In this document: piece by piece, positions 11,423-22,218 of the stretch
Position numbering within the stretch: position 1 is the stretch's first letter
How the letters are laid out: each line of letters begins with the position of its first letter
Origin: an uncultured delta proteobacterium
GTDB lineage: Bacteria > Myxococcota > Kuafuiibacteriia > Kuafuiibacteriales > Kuafuiibacteriaceae
Length of the DNA: 64,000 nucleotides
Direction: 5' to 3'
Assembly (NCBI GenBank): GCA_963803435.1
Contig: CAWDML010000001.1
Location: forward strand, 1,856,001 to 1,920,000
Notes under the pieces: generated by a model
What the model was told of the DNA's origin: nothing
Databases searched by the model: none
The model's input: only the letters and a program-made list of their open reading frames with translations
Translations under genes and position numbers: made by a program

Positions 11423-11432
<10 letters not shown>
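10278..11432 (+). CDS. Hypothetical exported protein, possible outer-membrane beta-barrel
   Basis: Signal peptide ending AEA; amphipathic aromatic-rich beta-strand pattern. Confidence 0.6.
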
Positions 11433-12485
<1,053 letters not shown>

Positions 12486-12528
12486 GGGCGGTCCCGATCA
12501 TGGCACCGAAGGGGGGCTGCTTGGAGAG

Positions 12529-14631
12529 CTAACTGCTGAACAGCTGGTACGCGTTGCGGAGCTTCGTGTCGTACTGGTTCGCGGCGAAGCCGGGGCCGTT
12601 GTAGATCCGGGCCACCTTCTCCCAATCCTTGTCTCGCAGGCCTTGAGCCAACCCGGGCGTGCTCTTCACGAAGCTCACAAAGGCTTCGAGCTGCGCCTTG
12701 GTCGAAGCGCTCATCGCCTCGACGAACTCGAAGACGTCGGAAGATCCGCATGCTCTGAAGTTTTCACCGAGGATCTGCGGCGCTCCCCAGGAGGCGGCCT
12801 TGAGCGCGGCTGCCGCGTCGAGCGCGAACGCCTCCTCGAGTCGCGAGTACTCCCGAGCTCCACCCTTGTAGAACTGCTTCGTCCAGTGCGGATAGGAAAT
12901 CGTCGGATGGGTTCGGTCGTGCTGGTGTCCGGTGAGGCGTGAGAAGATGTGACCCTCGAAGAGGATCGGCGGACGCCCATCCGCCAGGAAGCCGGCCAGG
13001 TGCGGACCGGATTCCACGCTGAAGAGCGCACGGATCGCCGCCGGTTCGACGAGGAGCGCCCTGCCCGCCCCGTCCCAGTCGCTCTGGACGAGCGGCGCGG
13101 GAACCGGCCTTCCGGGCGCCGGGAGCTGGAAGCCGTTGGGCAAGGTACCCGGCTCGGAGGGCTCCTGGATCAGCTTCTTCCAGGTACGTCCGTCCCAATC
13201 GACTCGCTTGTCCGGATGCGGGAAGCCGAGGACGTGCGCTTGAAAGTCACCGATGGCTGCCGCCAAGTCACCCGGGCCGCCTCCGACGTGGATGCCCCAC
13301 GCCTCGAGGCGCGCCTTCACCTTCTCGACGTCCTCGGGGTGGTTGTCGGCGCCCTCGCCCACCGAGCCGGTGAGCACGACCCCGGCCTCGGGAGGTTTGC
13401 TCAGCGTCCTCCAGGTGACGCCGTCCGCGTCGATCCTCCCGTCCGGGTTACGGAGCCCGACCACGTTGTGCTGGAAGTCGATGATGGCCGATTGCGTCGC
13501 TGCGTCGAGGACCCCATCGGTCACGAGCACCGGATGGACGCCCCAGAGGTTGAGGTACCGCTGGACCGTTGCGATATCGCCCTGCTGGTTCAGGCCGCCA
13601 CGTCCGACAGAGCCGGCGAGATGATCGGGCGGGCCCGCTGCAGCTGCCGCGTGCAGGGCGAGCGGCGTCTCTGCTCGCGCGGCAGCGTGGAGGGCGAGGC
13701 CAGCCGTGGGAACGTTCGTCCGCGGTTCGGTCTCCAACGTCCGGCTCGCGATGCGTCGCGCCTCCGCGATGGCGTCGCGATTCTCCGACTCGAACGATCG
13801 GTCCCCTGACCGCGCCGCGACCTCGAGCGCACGCCCGATGTCCGCCTCGACACCCGCGACGAGCGCCGGCCCCGTGCCGCAGGTCGCGTTCTTCAGCGCC
13901 TCCTCGATCAGGAGCTTCGCGAGCGCCCTCTCGGCGGCGACCACCTCGCTGGGCGCGTCGGCGAAGCCCGCGGCCTTGGCGGCGGCCCGGGCGAGCTCGA
14001 GCTCGTAGTCGACGAGCATCGTGTCCTTCGCGTCGAGCTGCTCCGTCACCCGCTCGAGGTGCTGCTCGAGCTGGAGCCTCGGCGTCGCGGCCAGCGCCTC
14101 CCGCATGCCTCCAGGTGAACGTTTCGCCGTCTCTCCCGCCGGAGCTCCCGGTCGTCGCAATCGGAGTCCTGTCGCAGGACCGCCGGTGAGATGGACGTGC
14201 TGAGAGCCCGCCATACCCGCGTCTTCGGGGGCAGGCGGGCGCCGCGCCTCGCGGATCGCCTGCAGGCCCGCGAGCAGGTGTGGATCCGTCTGCTTGGCGC
14301 CCAGCCTCTCGAACGCTTTCATCGCCTCGCTGGTCTCCCCGGGGAGGACGGATCGACTCGTTTCACCGATCACCAGCTGGAAGGCGACCTTTCCTCGTCG
14401 GACGGATGCGACGATGGAACCGAGCTCACCGTGCGCCGCGACGATCCAGCTCCCTCTCGATCTGTAGGCCGAGAGCTCGCCGTCTCGGGCGAGGCGCTCG
14501 AGAAGGCGAGACCCGTCCGCGCCGAGCGCGTGGGGCTCAGCACCTGCGTCGAACCACCGCCTCACGTCCTTGAAAGCCAGCGGCTGGTCCCACGCCAGGC
14601 GCTTCCTCGTTTCGGTGCTCTCGGTCCTCAC
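12529..14631 (-). CDS. Large modular N-acetylmuramidase (DUF3380 family) with two peptidoglycan-binding-like domains and an unknown N-terminal region
   Basis: C-terminal AIRALFSVES, ILFEGHIF, ASWGAPQILGEN, YNGP...YDTKL; two GSVGxGxxN..D...VQ/VK...AI.DFQ...PDGR/DKR units; GGAGG RBS before GTG. Confidence 0.85.
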   Translation of the reverse strand: MRTESTETRKRLAWDQPLAFKDVRRWFDAGAEPHALGADGSRLLERLARDGELSAYRSRGSWIVAAHGELGSIVASVRRGKVAFQLVIGETSRSVLPGETSEAMKAFERLGAKQTDPHLLAGLQAIREARRPPAPEDAGMAGSQHVHLTGGPATGLRLRRPGAPAGETAKRSPGGMREALAATPRLQLEQHLERVTEQLDAKDTMLVDYELELARAAAKAAGFADAPSEVVAAERALAKLLIEEALKNATCGTGPALVAGVEADIGRALEVAARSGDRSFESENRDAIAEARRIASRTLETEPRTNVPTAGLALHAAARAETPLALHAAAAAGPPDHLAGSVGRGGLNQQGDIATVQRYLNLWGVHPVLVTDGVLDAATQSAIIDFQHNVVGLRNPDGRIDADGVTWRTLSKPPEAGVVLTGSVGEGADNHPEDVEKVKARLEAWGIHVGGGPGDLAAAIGDFQAHVLGFPHPDKRVDWDGRTWKKLIQEPSEPGTLPNGFQLPAPGRPVPAPLVQSDWDGAGRALLVEPAAIRALFSVESGPHLAGFLADGRPPILFEGHIFSRLTGHQHDRTHPTISYPHWTKQFYKGGAREYSRLEEAFALDAAAALKAASWGAPQILGENFRACGSSDVFEFVEAMSASTKAQLEAFVSFVKSTPGLAQGLRDKDWEKVARIYNGPGFAANQYDTKLRNAYQLFSS

Positions 14632-14654
14632 GTGCCCTCCGCCATCGGGCGGTG

Positions 14655-14670
14655 AGCACGTGCCGTGCCG
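14655..14670 (-). promoter_or_regulatory. Sigma-54-like promoter for the muramidase gene
   Basis: Minus strand CGGCACGGCACGTGCT, GG-N10-GC. Confidence 0.55.
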
Positions 14671-14762
14671 GCGCTCGCTGCTCCTCGTCAGGCTCGCACT
14701 GCACGCTCGACCCACCATGCTGTTGGCTGGAAGACCAGCGCGGTGCGGCGGCGCCCGGTCAT

Positions 14763-14801
14763 TGCACCGAAGTGGTGCTCGCCGTGCACCGAGTTGGTGC
14801 G
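14763..14801. promoter_or_regulatory. Two NtrC-like enhancer palindromes (TGCACC-N5-GGTGC), 22 bp apart
   Basis: tgcaccgaagtggtgct at 14763 and tgcaccgagttggtgcg at 14785. Confidence 0.65.
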
Positions 14802-14829
14802 CGCCGGTCGAAGATCCAGAGCCGATCCC

Positions 14830-14845
14830 TGGCACGCGGCTCGCA
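14830..14845 (+). promoter_or_regulatory. Sigma-54-like promoter for the MBL hydrolase / bEBP operon
   Basis: TGGCACGCGGCTCGCA, GG-N10-GC. Confidence 0.6.
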
Positions 14846-14857
14846 CTCGGGTCGGTC

Positions 14858-15685
14858 ATGAAGCTGACGTTTTGGGGTGTCCGAGGCTCGATCGCGACCT
14901 CGGGGCCGGAGTTCTCTCGCATCGGCGGCAATACGACCTGCCTGGAGGTGACCCACGGCGGCGCGCGCCTGATCCTCGACGCCGGCACCGGGCTGCGCGC
15001 GCTCGGCACCAGGCTCTGCGCGGAGGCGCGCGAGAACGGCGGAGGCGTCGAGGCGTCGTTCCTCTTCTCACACCTGCACTGGGATCACGTCCAGGGGTTC
15101 CCGTTCTTCGCGCCTGCGTTCATGCCCTCGACCAAGCTCTCGCTCTACGGACCCTGCGACGAGCGGGGGGTCGGCCTCGAGCAGGTGCTGTCGCAGCAGA
15201 TGCAGCCGCCGAGCTTTCCGGTACCGCTCTCGGCGATGGCCGCCGAGAAGACGTTCACCGCGATCGGCTCGGGGAGCGAGCTGGCGATCGGTCCGTTCGA
15301 GGTGCACATGCGCGCGCTCTGCCACCCGCAGGGATCGCTCGGCTTCCGGATCGAGGCCGGCGGTCGCTCGCTCTGCTTCGCCACCGACACCGAGCACGAC
15401 GACAAGGAGATCGATCCTTCGATCCTCGAGCTGGCCCGCGGCGTCGACCTCCTGGTGTTCGACGCGCAGTACACGGAGGAGGAGTACCGGGGGCGCAAGG
15501 GCTGGGGCCACTCGACGTACGTGACCGCCGCTCTGATCGCCTGCGCGGCCGGGGCCGGCAGGCTCGCCCTCTTCCACCACGACCCGGCGCACGACGACGA
15601 TGCGGTGGAGGCGATCGAGCGCGACGCCCGCGGCATCTTCGGGAGCACGTTCGCGGCCCGCGAGGGGCTGACCGTCGATGTTTGA
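14858..15685 (+). CDS. MBL-fold metallo-hydrolase (RNase Z/phosphodiesterase-like)
   Basis: [48 protein letters not shown]. Confidence 0.92.
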   Translation: MKLTFWGVRGSIATSGPEFSRIGGNTTCLEVTHGGARLILDAGTGLRALGTRLCAEARENGGGVEASFLFSHLHWDHVQGFPFFAPAFMPSTKLSLYGPCDERGVGLEQVLSQQMQPPSFPVPLSAMAAEKTFTAIGSGSELAIGPFEVHMRALCHPQGSLGFRIEAGGRSLCFATDTEHDDKEIDPSILELARGVDLLVFDAQYTEEEYRGRKGWGHSTYVTAALIACAAGAGRLALFHHDPAHDDDAVEAIERDARGIFGSTFAAREGLTVDV

Positions 15686-17186
15686 TATGATCGCCCGGCG
15701 CATGCCGGAGCCACCGACGGAGGAAGCCCGCGCCATCCTGCTGGCGGTGGGCGGCTTGATCCAGCGGGAGGTCGCGATCGACGAGCTGCTCCAGCGGATG
15801 GTCGATCTGATCGCGGAGAAGATGAACGCGGATCGCGGCACCATCTACGTGGTGGACCGCGGCAAGCGCGAGGTGTTCTCGAAGGCCGCCCACCTGCCGG
15901 AGATCGAGGAGATCCGACTCCAGCTGGGCCAGGGGGTGGCCGGGTTCGTCGCGGAGAGCGGGCAGGTCGTCAACGTCCCCACGACGACGACCGACGCGCG
16001 CTTCTTCGCCGGGATCGATCAGCGGACGGGCTATCGCACGTCGTCGATCCTCGCCGTGCCGATGCGCGATCGTGAGGGCCAGATCATCGGCGTGGTGCAG
16101 CTGCTCAACAAGAAGAGCGGAAGCTTCCCGCTGGAGGACGAGGGGCTCCTGGTGGCGCTGGCGGAGCAGGCCGCGCTGGCGATCGAGTCGACCACGCTCT
16201 ACCGCGACCTCGCCCGCGAGCCCGAGGAGGATCAACGACCGCTGCCGCTGGCGGGGCGGTTCAACCTGATCGTCGGCGAGTCGGAGCTCCTCCAGCGCGC
16301 CTGCCGGCTCACCAGGAAGGCGGCCGCGACCGAGGCGACGATCCTGATCCGTGGCGAGAGCGGCACCGGCAAGGAGCTCTTCGCACGCGCGATCCACGTC
16401 AACTCGGCGCGCGCCGAGGGGCCGTTCGTCAAGGTGGACTGCGCGGCGCTCCCCGAGACGCTGATCGAGAACGAGCTCTTCGGCCACGAGCGGGGCGCGT
16501 TCACCGGCGCCGACCAGCGCTCGATCGGAAAATTCGACGCGGCCGAGGGCGGCACGATCTTCCTCGACGAGATCGGCGAGCTGCCGCTGGCCGTGCAGGG
16601 CAAGCTGCTGCGCGTGCTCCAGGACCGCGAGTACGATCGCGTCGGCGGCACCGAGACGGTGTCCGCGGACGTGCGCGTGGTGGCGGCCACCAACCGCGAT
16701 CTGGAGCGCATGGTCGCGGAGGGTCGGTTCCGCAGCGATCTCTACTATCGGATCAAGGTGGTACAGCTCGAGCTGCCGCCGCTCCGGGAGCGCGGGCGCG
16801 CCGATATCCGGCGCCTCGCGCAGCACTTCGCGGTCGCCGCCGCCCGACGGCACGGGCGCCCGATCCCGGCGATCTCGGAGGCGGCGTTCGATCGCCTGGG
16901 TCGCTACGGCTGGCCGGGCAACGTCCGCGAGCTGGAGAACTGCCTCGAGAGCGCCGTCGTGATCATGGAGGGCGATCGCATCCGCGCCGACGATCTGCCG
17001 CTGCCGGATCGCGTCGAGACCGCCACCTCGGGACCGCCGGACGAGCGCATCCGCACCCTGGAGGAGGTCGAGCGGGAGCACATCCTCCGGGTCCTCGAGC
17101 GCTGCGACGGCAACCGCTCGGAGGCGGCGCACCGGCTCGGCATCGGGCGCAATACGCTCACCCGGAAGCTCAAGGGCTACGAGTAG
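15678..17186 (+). CDS. GAF-domain sigma-54-dependent transcriptional activator (AAA+ and Fis HTH)
   Basis: [36 protein letters not shown]-terminal HTH; N-terminal GAF ([13 protein letters not shown]). Confidence 0.95.
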   Translation: MFDMIARRMPEPPTEEARAILLAVGGLIQREVAIDELLQRMVDLIAEKMNADRGTIYVVDRGKREVFSKAAHLPEIEEIRLQLGQGVAGFVAESGQVVNVPTTTTDARFFAGIDQRTGYRTSSILAVPMRDREGQIIGVVQLLNKKSGSFPLEDEGLLVALAEQAALAIESTTLYRDLAREPEEDQRPLPLAGRFNLIVGESELLQRACRLTRKAAATEATILIRGESGTGKELFARAIHVNSARAEGPFVKVDCAALPETLIENELFGHERGAFTGADQRSIGKFDAAEGGTIFLDEIGELPLAVQGKLLRVLQDREYDRVGGTETVSADVRVVAATNRDLERMVAEGRFRSDLYYRIKVVQLELPPLRERGRADIRRLAQHFAVAAARRHGRPIPAISEAAFDRLGRYGWPGNVRELENCLESAVVIMEGDRIRADDLPLPDRVETATSGPPDERIRTLEEVEREHILRVLERCDGNRSEAAHRLGIGRNTLTRKLKGYE

Positions 17187-17219
17187 AGAGTCGACGGTCG
17201 ACGGTCGAGAGGCGCGAGG

Positions 17220-18125
17220 TCACGGGGCGGGTTGGCCGTCGAACACGAAGAGGAGGAGGGAGGTGACGGCGAGGAGGCCGCCGGCGACAAAGCCGCCGAT
17301 GCCCATGGCCTCGAAGTGCTTCGCCGAGTCGAGCTTGTCCCCGCAGTTGTCTTCGCGCGTGAGGCCGCCGGCCAGGCAGACCCCGTCATCGTTGTACTTG
17401 TTGATGAAGCTGGCCCGCAGCACGATGCCGACGACCCCAAGCACCACGCCGACGCCGGCGCCGGCGGCCGCGGTAATCGCGTATGGGGTCAGCTCGAGGC
17501 CGGACCGCGTCGTCTCGATCGCGAGGGGTGAGGGCGGAGGCGGAGGCGGAGGCGCAGCGCGGGGCGGTGGCGGAGGCGGAGGCGAGACCGCGAGCTCGGG
17601 GACGAGGTCGATGGTCTCACGAGCGAGGGCGCGCGCCTTGACCTCTATGGTGCGGGACCGCGGGCGAAATCCGTCCTCCATCAGATCGATCACGATCTCG
17701 CCAGCGACCACGCGGACGGGGGCCGGGAGCGGAAGGGTCCCGACCTGTTTTCCGTTCACCACCACCCGCGCGCCGGCCGGCGTGCCGAGGACCTCGAGGT
17801 TCCCCAGGCGCTCGCGGATCGACTCCAGGGCCCCCTCCAGCGGTTTTCTACGGGCCGCGATCCAGCGATCCTTGCTGTCGAGCGCGGTGGTGAGATGAGT
17901 CTCGGCGTCGATCCAGCGGCCGAGGGCCTGCTCGGCCAGCGCCACCTGGGCGAGCGCCTTCGCCGACTTCGACTCGTCGTACGCGCGCTGGAACAGCGCC
18001 AGCGCGTCGAGGTCCTTGCCCTTCTCCCGCAGGCTGATGCCGCGGTCGATGAGCTGGTCGGAGGTCTCGGCGCGGGCCGCGGCCGACCAAGAGAGGAGGA
18101 TCAGTGAGAGCGCGATCGACTTCAT
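17220..18125 (-). CDS. TPR/PEGA-domain membrane protein
   Basis: Signal peptide, TPR-like helices, PEGA (PAGARVVVNG...GTLP), Pro linker, C-terminal TM helices; directly follows a kinase. Confidence 0.8.
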   Translation of the reverse strand: MKSIALSLILLSWSAAARAETSDQLIDRGISLREKGKDLDALALFQRAYDESKSAKALAQVALAEQALGRWIDAETHLTTALDSKDRWIAARRKPLEGALESIRERLGNLEVLGTPAGARVVVNGKQVGTLPLPAPVRVVAGEIVIDLMEDGFRPRSRTIEVKARALARETIDLVPELAVSPPPPPPPRAAPPPPPPPSPLAIETTRSGLELTPYAITAAAGAGVGVVLGVVGIVLRASFINKYNDDGVCLAGGLTREDNCGDKLDSAKHFEAMGIGGFVAGGLLAVTSLLLFVFDGQPAP

Positions 18126-18127
18126 GA

Positions 18128-19465
18128 TCAACGGAGGATGGGAGCGTCGTTGGCCCCGCGCTTGGGCGCCGGCACGACGTGCGGCCGCTTGCTCCGCGGG
18201 TGGTGGCGCCGCGCCGGCGGCGGCGGCGGCGCGGGCGGCGGCGGAGGCGCGACCGGCGGCGCCTCGGGCGGAAGCGCTTCGACCGGCGGAGGCGCAGGCG
18301 GCGGCGGGGGCTCGGCGGGCGCTGCCACGATCGGCTCGATCTGCACGGGCGCCGGCCGCTCGCTGAGCGCCACCAGGAACACGACCAGGGCGACGAGCAG
18401 CATCGCAACGCCGACGCCGACGCCGATCAGCGCGCGCGACGAGCCCGACTTGGGCTCGCGGATCGTGCTGCCCGCGACGGGGTTGGCGTGAGTGATGGCG
18501 CCGAGCGGCTCCGCGAGGGCGACCGCAGGCTGCTGGTACATCGACGGCAGATGCGCGAGCGGCAGCGGCGCGCCGAAGACGGGCTCCCAGCGCGCGCGCA
18601 CGGCGGGCGACGCGAACGGGAGCAGGGCGCGCCCAACCTCCTTCATCGTCTCGAAGCGGCGCTCCGCCTTCGTCGCCATCATCGTCAGCAGGACGCGCTC
18701 GAACTCCATCGAGAGCTCCGGCTTCAACATGCGCGGAGGCTCGAACTCGCCCTGAACGATCCGGTGGAGGATCTTGTACATCGAGTCGGCTTCGAACGGG
18801 CGCCTTCCGGTCACGCACTGGTAGAGGATCACGCCGAGCGAGTACTGATCGCTGCGCATGTCCAAGCCCTTGGAGCCGGCCGCCTGCTCGGGCGACATGT
18901 AGAACGGCGTGCCGAGCAGCGCGCCGGTGGTGGTGAGTGCCTCGCTCGGCGAGGTCGACTTCAGCTTGGAGATCCCGAAGTCGAGGATCTTGGGCGTCAG
19001 CTGTCCGTGGGGGCCGTCGGCGAGAAAGATGTTGGCGGGCTTGAGGTCGCGATGGACGACGCCCTTCTCGTGCGCGGTCAGCAGAGCAGCCGAGACGGGG
19101 AGCATCACGTCGACGGCCTCCTCGATCGACAGCGACGGTTGCTTCCGGAGTAGCGCCGCCAGATCGCGCCCCTCGAGGTGCTCCATGACCAGGTAGGTGA
19201 TGTCGTCCTGCGTGCCGACGTCGTAGATGTCGACCACGTGCGGGTGCTGGATCCGCGCCGCCGACTCGCCCTCGCGGAGGAACCGGATCTGAACCTCGGG
19301 CTCGCTCGCCATCTCGGGGAGGAGCGCCTTGATGGCGACCCGCTTGGCGAGGCCGGTGTGGACCGCCTCGTAGACGGCACCCATCCCGCCGGTACCGATC
19401 CGCCGCTCGATCCGGTAGCGCCCGAACTGGGAGCCGATCTTCAGGATCTCCTTCTTCGGCGCCAC
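18128..19465 (-). CDS. Membrane Ser/Thr protein kinase
   Basis: IGTGGMGAVY, VAIK, HRDLKPANI, DFGISK, GTPFYMSPEQ, TM helix and Pro-rich tail. Start at 19465 (GTG) or 19486 (ATG). Confidence 0.93.
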   Translation of the reverse strand: MAPKKEILKIGSQFGRYRIERRIGTGGMGAVYEAVHTGLAKRVAIKALLPEMASEPEVQIRFLREGESAARIQHPHVVDIYDVGTQDDITYLVMEHLEGRDLAALLRKQPSLSIEEAVDVMLPVSAALLTAHEKGVVHRDLKPANIFLADGPHGQLTPKILDFGISKLKSTSPSEALTTTGALLGTPFYMSPEQAAGSKGLDMRSDQYSLGVILYQCVTGRRPFEADSMYKILHRIVQGEFEPPRMLKPELSMEFERVLLTMMATKAERRFETMKEVGRALLPFASPAVRARWEPVFGAPLPLAHLPSMYQQPAVALAEPLGAITHANPVAGSTIREPKSGSSRALIGVGVGVAMLLVALVVFLVALSERPAPVQIEPIVAAPAEPPPPPAPPPVEALPPEAPPVAPPPPPAPPPPPARRHHPRSKRPHVVPAPKRGANDAPILR

Positions 19466-19581
19466 CGAGCCCTCGCCGGGCAGCATACGCCGTTTGCGCC
19501 GGCGCACCCAGGGGCGCGTTCGACCCTGCCGAGGTGTGTCGCGCGCTACCCGCTCGGCGGGGAACCGGGAGCCCCGGTCGG

Positions 19582-19597
19582 TGGTCCGACCCTTGCG
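19582..19597 (+). promoter_or_regulatory. Sigma-54-like promoter
   Basis: TGGTCCGACCCTTGCG, GG-N10-GC with TTGC. Confidence 0.45.
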
Positions 19598-19609
19598 ATG
19601 CACGCACGC

Positions 19610-20746
19610 ATGCACGTCCCGACGGCCGAGACCTACGACCCGATCCCCACTCCACACGAGCGACCGCTGCGGCTGCCGGCGCGACCGAACCGCACCAAGC
19701 TCGCGCTCCTCTTGGCGCTCGCACCGGTCGGCGGCTTTCTGCTCTGCCTCCTCATCGGCCCGCACCTCGACCGCTGGACCGCGCTCACCGTGATCATGTC
19801 GGCGACCACCTTCCTGGCGCTGGCCGGCGTCGCGATCGCGCTGAAGACTGCGGTCCGCCTGCTCCGCATCGACACCGCGGTCCGACCGCGGGGACTGCTG
19901 GGCGCGGGCCTTTCGATCGGCACCGGGCTCATCACCGCGACGATCGGCGCGTTCACGGCGCTGATCACGCTCATGTCCTTCTCGCGCGGCCGGCAGCTCC
20001 GCCGGCGCGGCCGTCCGATCTTCGCCCCGGTCGACGATCGCAGCCCCTGGGTGACGCCCGCGCGCACGGCGCCCATCGACCCGGTGGCCCGGCCCGGGAT
20101 CGCGAACGCGTGGCGAACCAACGGGCTCACCGAGCACGCCTCCGTCGCGGCCTTCGCGCGCCTGGCGATCGATCTGGTCGCGCTGGGCGCGCCGCCCCGC
20201 CTGATCCGCGCCGCCTATGCCGATGCGCTCGACGAGATGCGGCACACCGAGCTCTGCTTCGAGCTCGCTCGTCTGCTCGACGGCCGCGCCCTGGGTCCGG
20301 CGGCCTTCCCCGCGATCTCCGCCCTGCCGGCCCGTCGCGCCCCGCGCCCGATCGCGCTGGCCCGCTTGGCCGTCGACAGCCTGATCGACGGCGCGCTCAA
20401 CGAGGGCGTCTCGGCCCGCGTGATCGCCCAGCTCTCTCGGACCACCGATCATCCGCAGGTCCAGCCGGTGCTGGCCGCCATCGCGCGCGACGAGGCCCGG
20501 CACGCCGCCCACGCCTTCGAGGTGCTTCGCTGGTGCGTCCTCGAGGGCGGCTTCCCGGTGATCGCCGCCGTGCGCGCGGCGCTGTTCGCCCTCCCCGCCC
20601 GCCCCGGAGCCGAGATCGAGGGCGCCGCTGTCGAAGAGGCCGAGGCCTTCGGCCTTCCGGAGCACGCGCGGATCGAGCGCGCCTTCCGCGCAGTGCGCGC
20701 CCGGCTGGTCGCCCGCACCGAGCGGTTGCTGGCGGCCGCGCCCTGA
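19610..20746 (+). CDS. Membrane-anchored ferritin-like domain protein (myxobacterial type)
   Basis: Three TM helices, then EHASVAAF...DEMRH...LNEG...DEARH diiron-type ExxH motifs. Confidence 0.78.
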   Translation: MHVPTAETYDPIPTPHERPLRLPARPNRTKLALLLALAPVGGFLLCLLIGPHLDRWTALTVIMSATTFLALAGVAIALKTAVRLLRIDTAVRPRGLLGAGLSIGTGLITATIGAFTALITLMSFSRGRQLRRRGRPIFAPVDDRSPWVTPARTAPIDPVARPGIANAWRTNGLTEHASVAAFARLAIDLVALGAPPRLIRAAYADALDEMRHTELCFELARLLDGRALGPAAFPAISALPARRAPRPIALARLAVDSLIDGALNEGVSARVIAQLSRTTDHPQVQPVLAAIARDEARHAAHAFEVLRWCVLEGGFPVIAAVRAALFALPARPGAEIEGAAVEEAEAFGLPEHARIERAFRAVRARLVARTERLLAAAP

Positions 20747-20783
20747 CCGTTCTCACGGTCAGGGGTGTTCAAGCTGAGATGGG

Positions 20784-21641
20784 TCAGGCCCGGACGAGCG
20801 CGATCCGGTGTCCTTGCGCCCATCGCTGCAGCGGCGCCGCGTGGCGCGGCGGCAGGAGCGCACGCGCGAGCACGTCGGTCCCGCGATCCCACTCGAGCTT
20901 CAGCCCGTGCGCGTCGACCCACGCCGGAAACTCGTCTGGGTGCCAGCCGAAGCGGAACGGCTCGCCGGCGCGGGCCACCAGCCCCGCCACCAGCGCGCGG
21001 ATCCGGCCGGGCCGCTCCACCTGGGCGCGGTCGAAATACGTGATGACGAACGGGGAGCCCGGGGCCGAGTAGCGCCGCACGGCCTCGACCGTCGCCTCGA
21101 TGGCGCCCTCGGTCAGATACATCGTCACACCTTCCCAGATCGTCAGCGTGGGGACCGCTGGATCGTGGCCGGCGGCGGCGAGCGCGGCGGGCAGCTCGGT
21201 GACCGGGCGGTGCTCGAAGTCCCAGGGGAGATAGGTGACCGCGCCGAGATCGATCCCGGCGCGGTCGAGCGTGGCGCGCTTCTTCGCCTGCGTGGCCGCG
21301 TGATCGATCTCGAAGACATGGACCGCGCGCAGTTCCTCGGCGAAGCGGGCGGCGCGGCAGTCGTAGCCCGCGCCGAGGATCACCACCTGGCGACCACCGC
21401 CCCGCGTGAACTCACAAAGAACGTCGTCGATGGTCCGTGTTCGGACCTGCATGTAGATCGCCGTGGGCCAGAACAACAGCGTCAGCACGCTGGGCGCGCG
21501 GGCCGCGAACGCGGCGGCGGCCGGCCCGGCGAAGCGGGCGCCGAACGGATCGTCGGCGAGGCGCGCGTCCCTCGGAAGCTTGGCACCGATCGTACGGCAG
21601 AACGCGACCCACTGTGCGGTCCGACTCGGAGCGTCGCGCAT
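20784..21641 (-). CDS. SAM-dependent methyltransferase (LCM/TIGR00027-like)
   Basis: SRTA, DPF, RTRTIDD, QVVILGAGYDCRA, FEID, WEGVTMYL. Confidence 0.9.
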   Translation of the reverse strand: MRDAPSRTAQWVAFCRTIGAKLPRDARLADDPFGARFAGPAAAAFAARAPSVLTLLFWPTAIYMQVRTRTIDDVLCEFTRGGGRQVVILGAGYDCRAARFAEELRAVHVFEIDHAATQAKKRATLDRAGIDLGAVTYLPWDFEHRPVTELPAALAAAGHDPAVPTLTIWEGVTMYLTEGAIEATVEAVRRYSAPGSPFVITYFDRAQVERPGRIRALVAGLVARAGEPFRFGWHPDEFPAWVDAHGLKLEWDRGTDVLARALLPPRHAAPLQRWAQGHRIALVRA

Positions 21642-21685
21642 GGTGGGGCCGTAGCACCGATGCCGCCCGCGGGCGACGGCTCGCT

Positions 21686-22180
21686 TCAGAAGCCCTCGAT
21701 GTGGAACACCAGCGCCCAGATCTGCTCGCGCGCGAGCTGCTCCCCCCATGCAGGCATCTTCGAGGCGTGCCCATCGGAGTCGCCGCCGTCGCGGATGCGG
21801 CGATAGATGCCGGCGCGCATGCGGTCACCGCCGAAGAAGAAGCCCATCGCCGGACCGACGCCGGTCCACGCGCGCGGAGAAGGATCGAGCTTCGTGGGAG
21901 CCTGGTCCGGATCACCCGACGGCCCGTGACAACCCGCGCAGAGATCTCGCCAGAGCACGGCGGCTTCCCGGCTCGTCTCGCCGTCCCACACGCCGTCCGG
22001 AGGCGCGTCCTCGGACAGCTTCGAATCGCGCGTGCGCGCCTCGTCCTCGCTGATTCCGAGCGTAAGAGCGCGTGCGCGAAACCAATCATCGCCCAGATGC
22101 AGTGAATCGGCTGCGGACACTGTCGCCTGTTTGACGCCACCGCATCCGGTGAGCAGTGCCATCATCACGATGATTCGCAT
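21686..22180 (-). CDS. Monoheme c-type cytochrome lipoprotein
   Basis: Lipobox LTGC, CAGCH heme motif, distal MPAW. Confidence 0.85.
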   Translation of the reverse strand: MRIIVMMALLTGCGGVKQATVSAADSLHLGDDWFRARALTLGISEDEARTRDSKLSEDAPPDGVWDGETSREAAVLWRDLCAGCHGPSGDPDQAPTKLDPSPRAWTGVGPAMGFFFGGDRMRAGIYRRIRDGGDSDGHASKMPAWGEQLAREQIWALVFHIEGF

Positions 22181-22218
22181 CTCTTCCTCTGGACCACTTT
22201 TTGATAAGGATCGCACCC

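Noticed and set aside
12529-14631. Prophage around the endolysin-like gene
   Set aside because: No integrase, holin, structural or replication genes nearby; the flanks are ordinary chromosomal genes.
17187-17215. Short (GTCGACG)n repeat between convergent genes
   Set aside because: Only about three units; too short to assign as a terminator or REP element.
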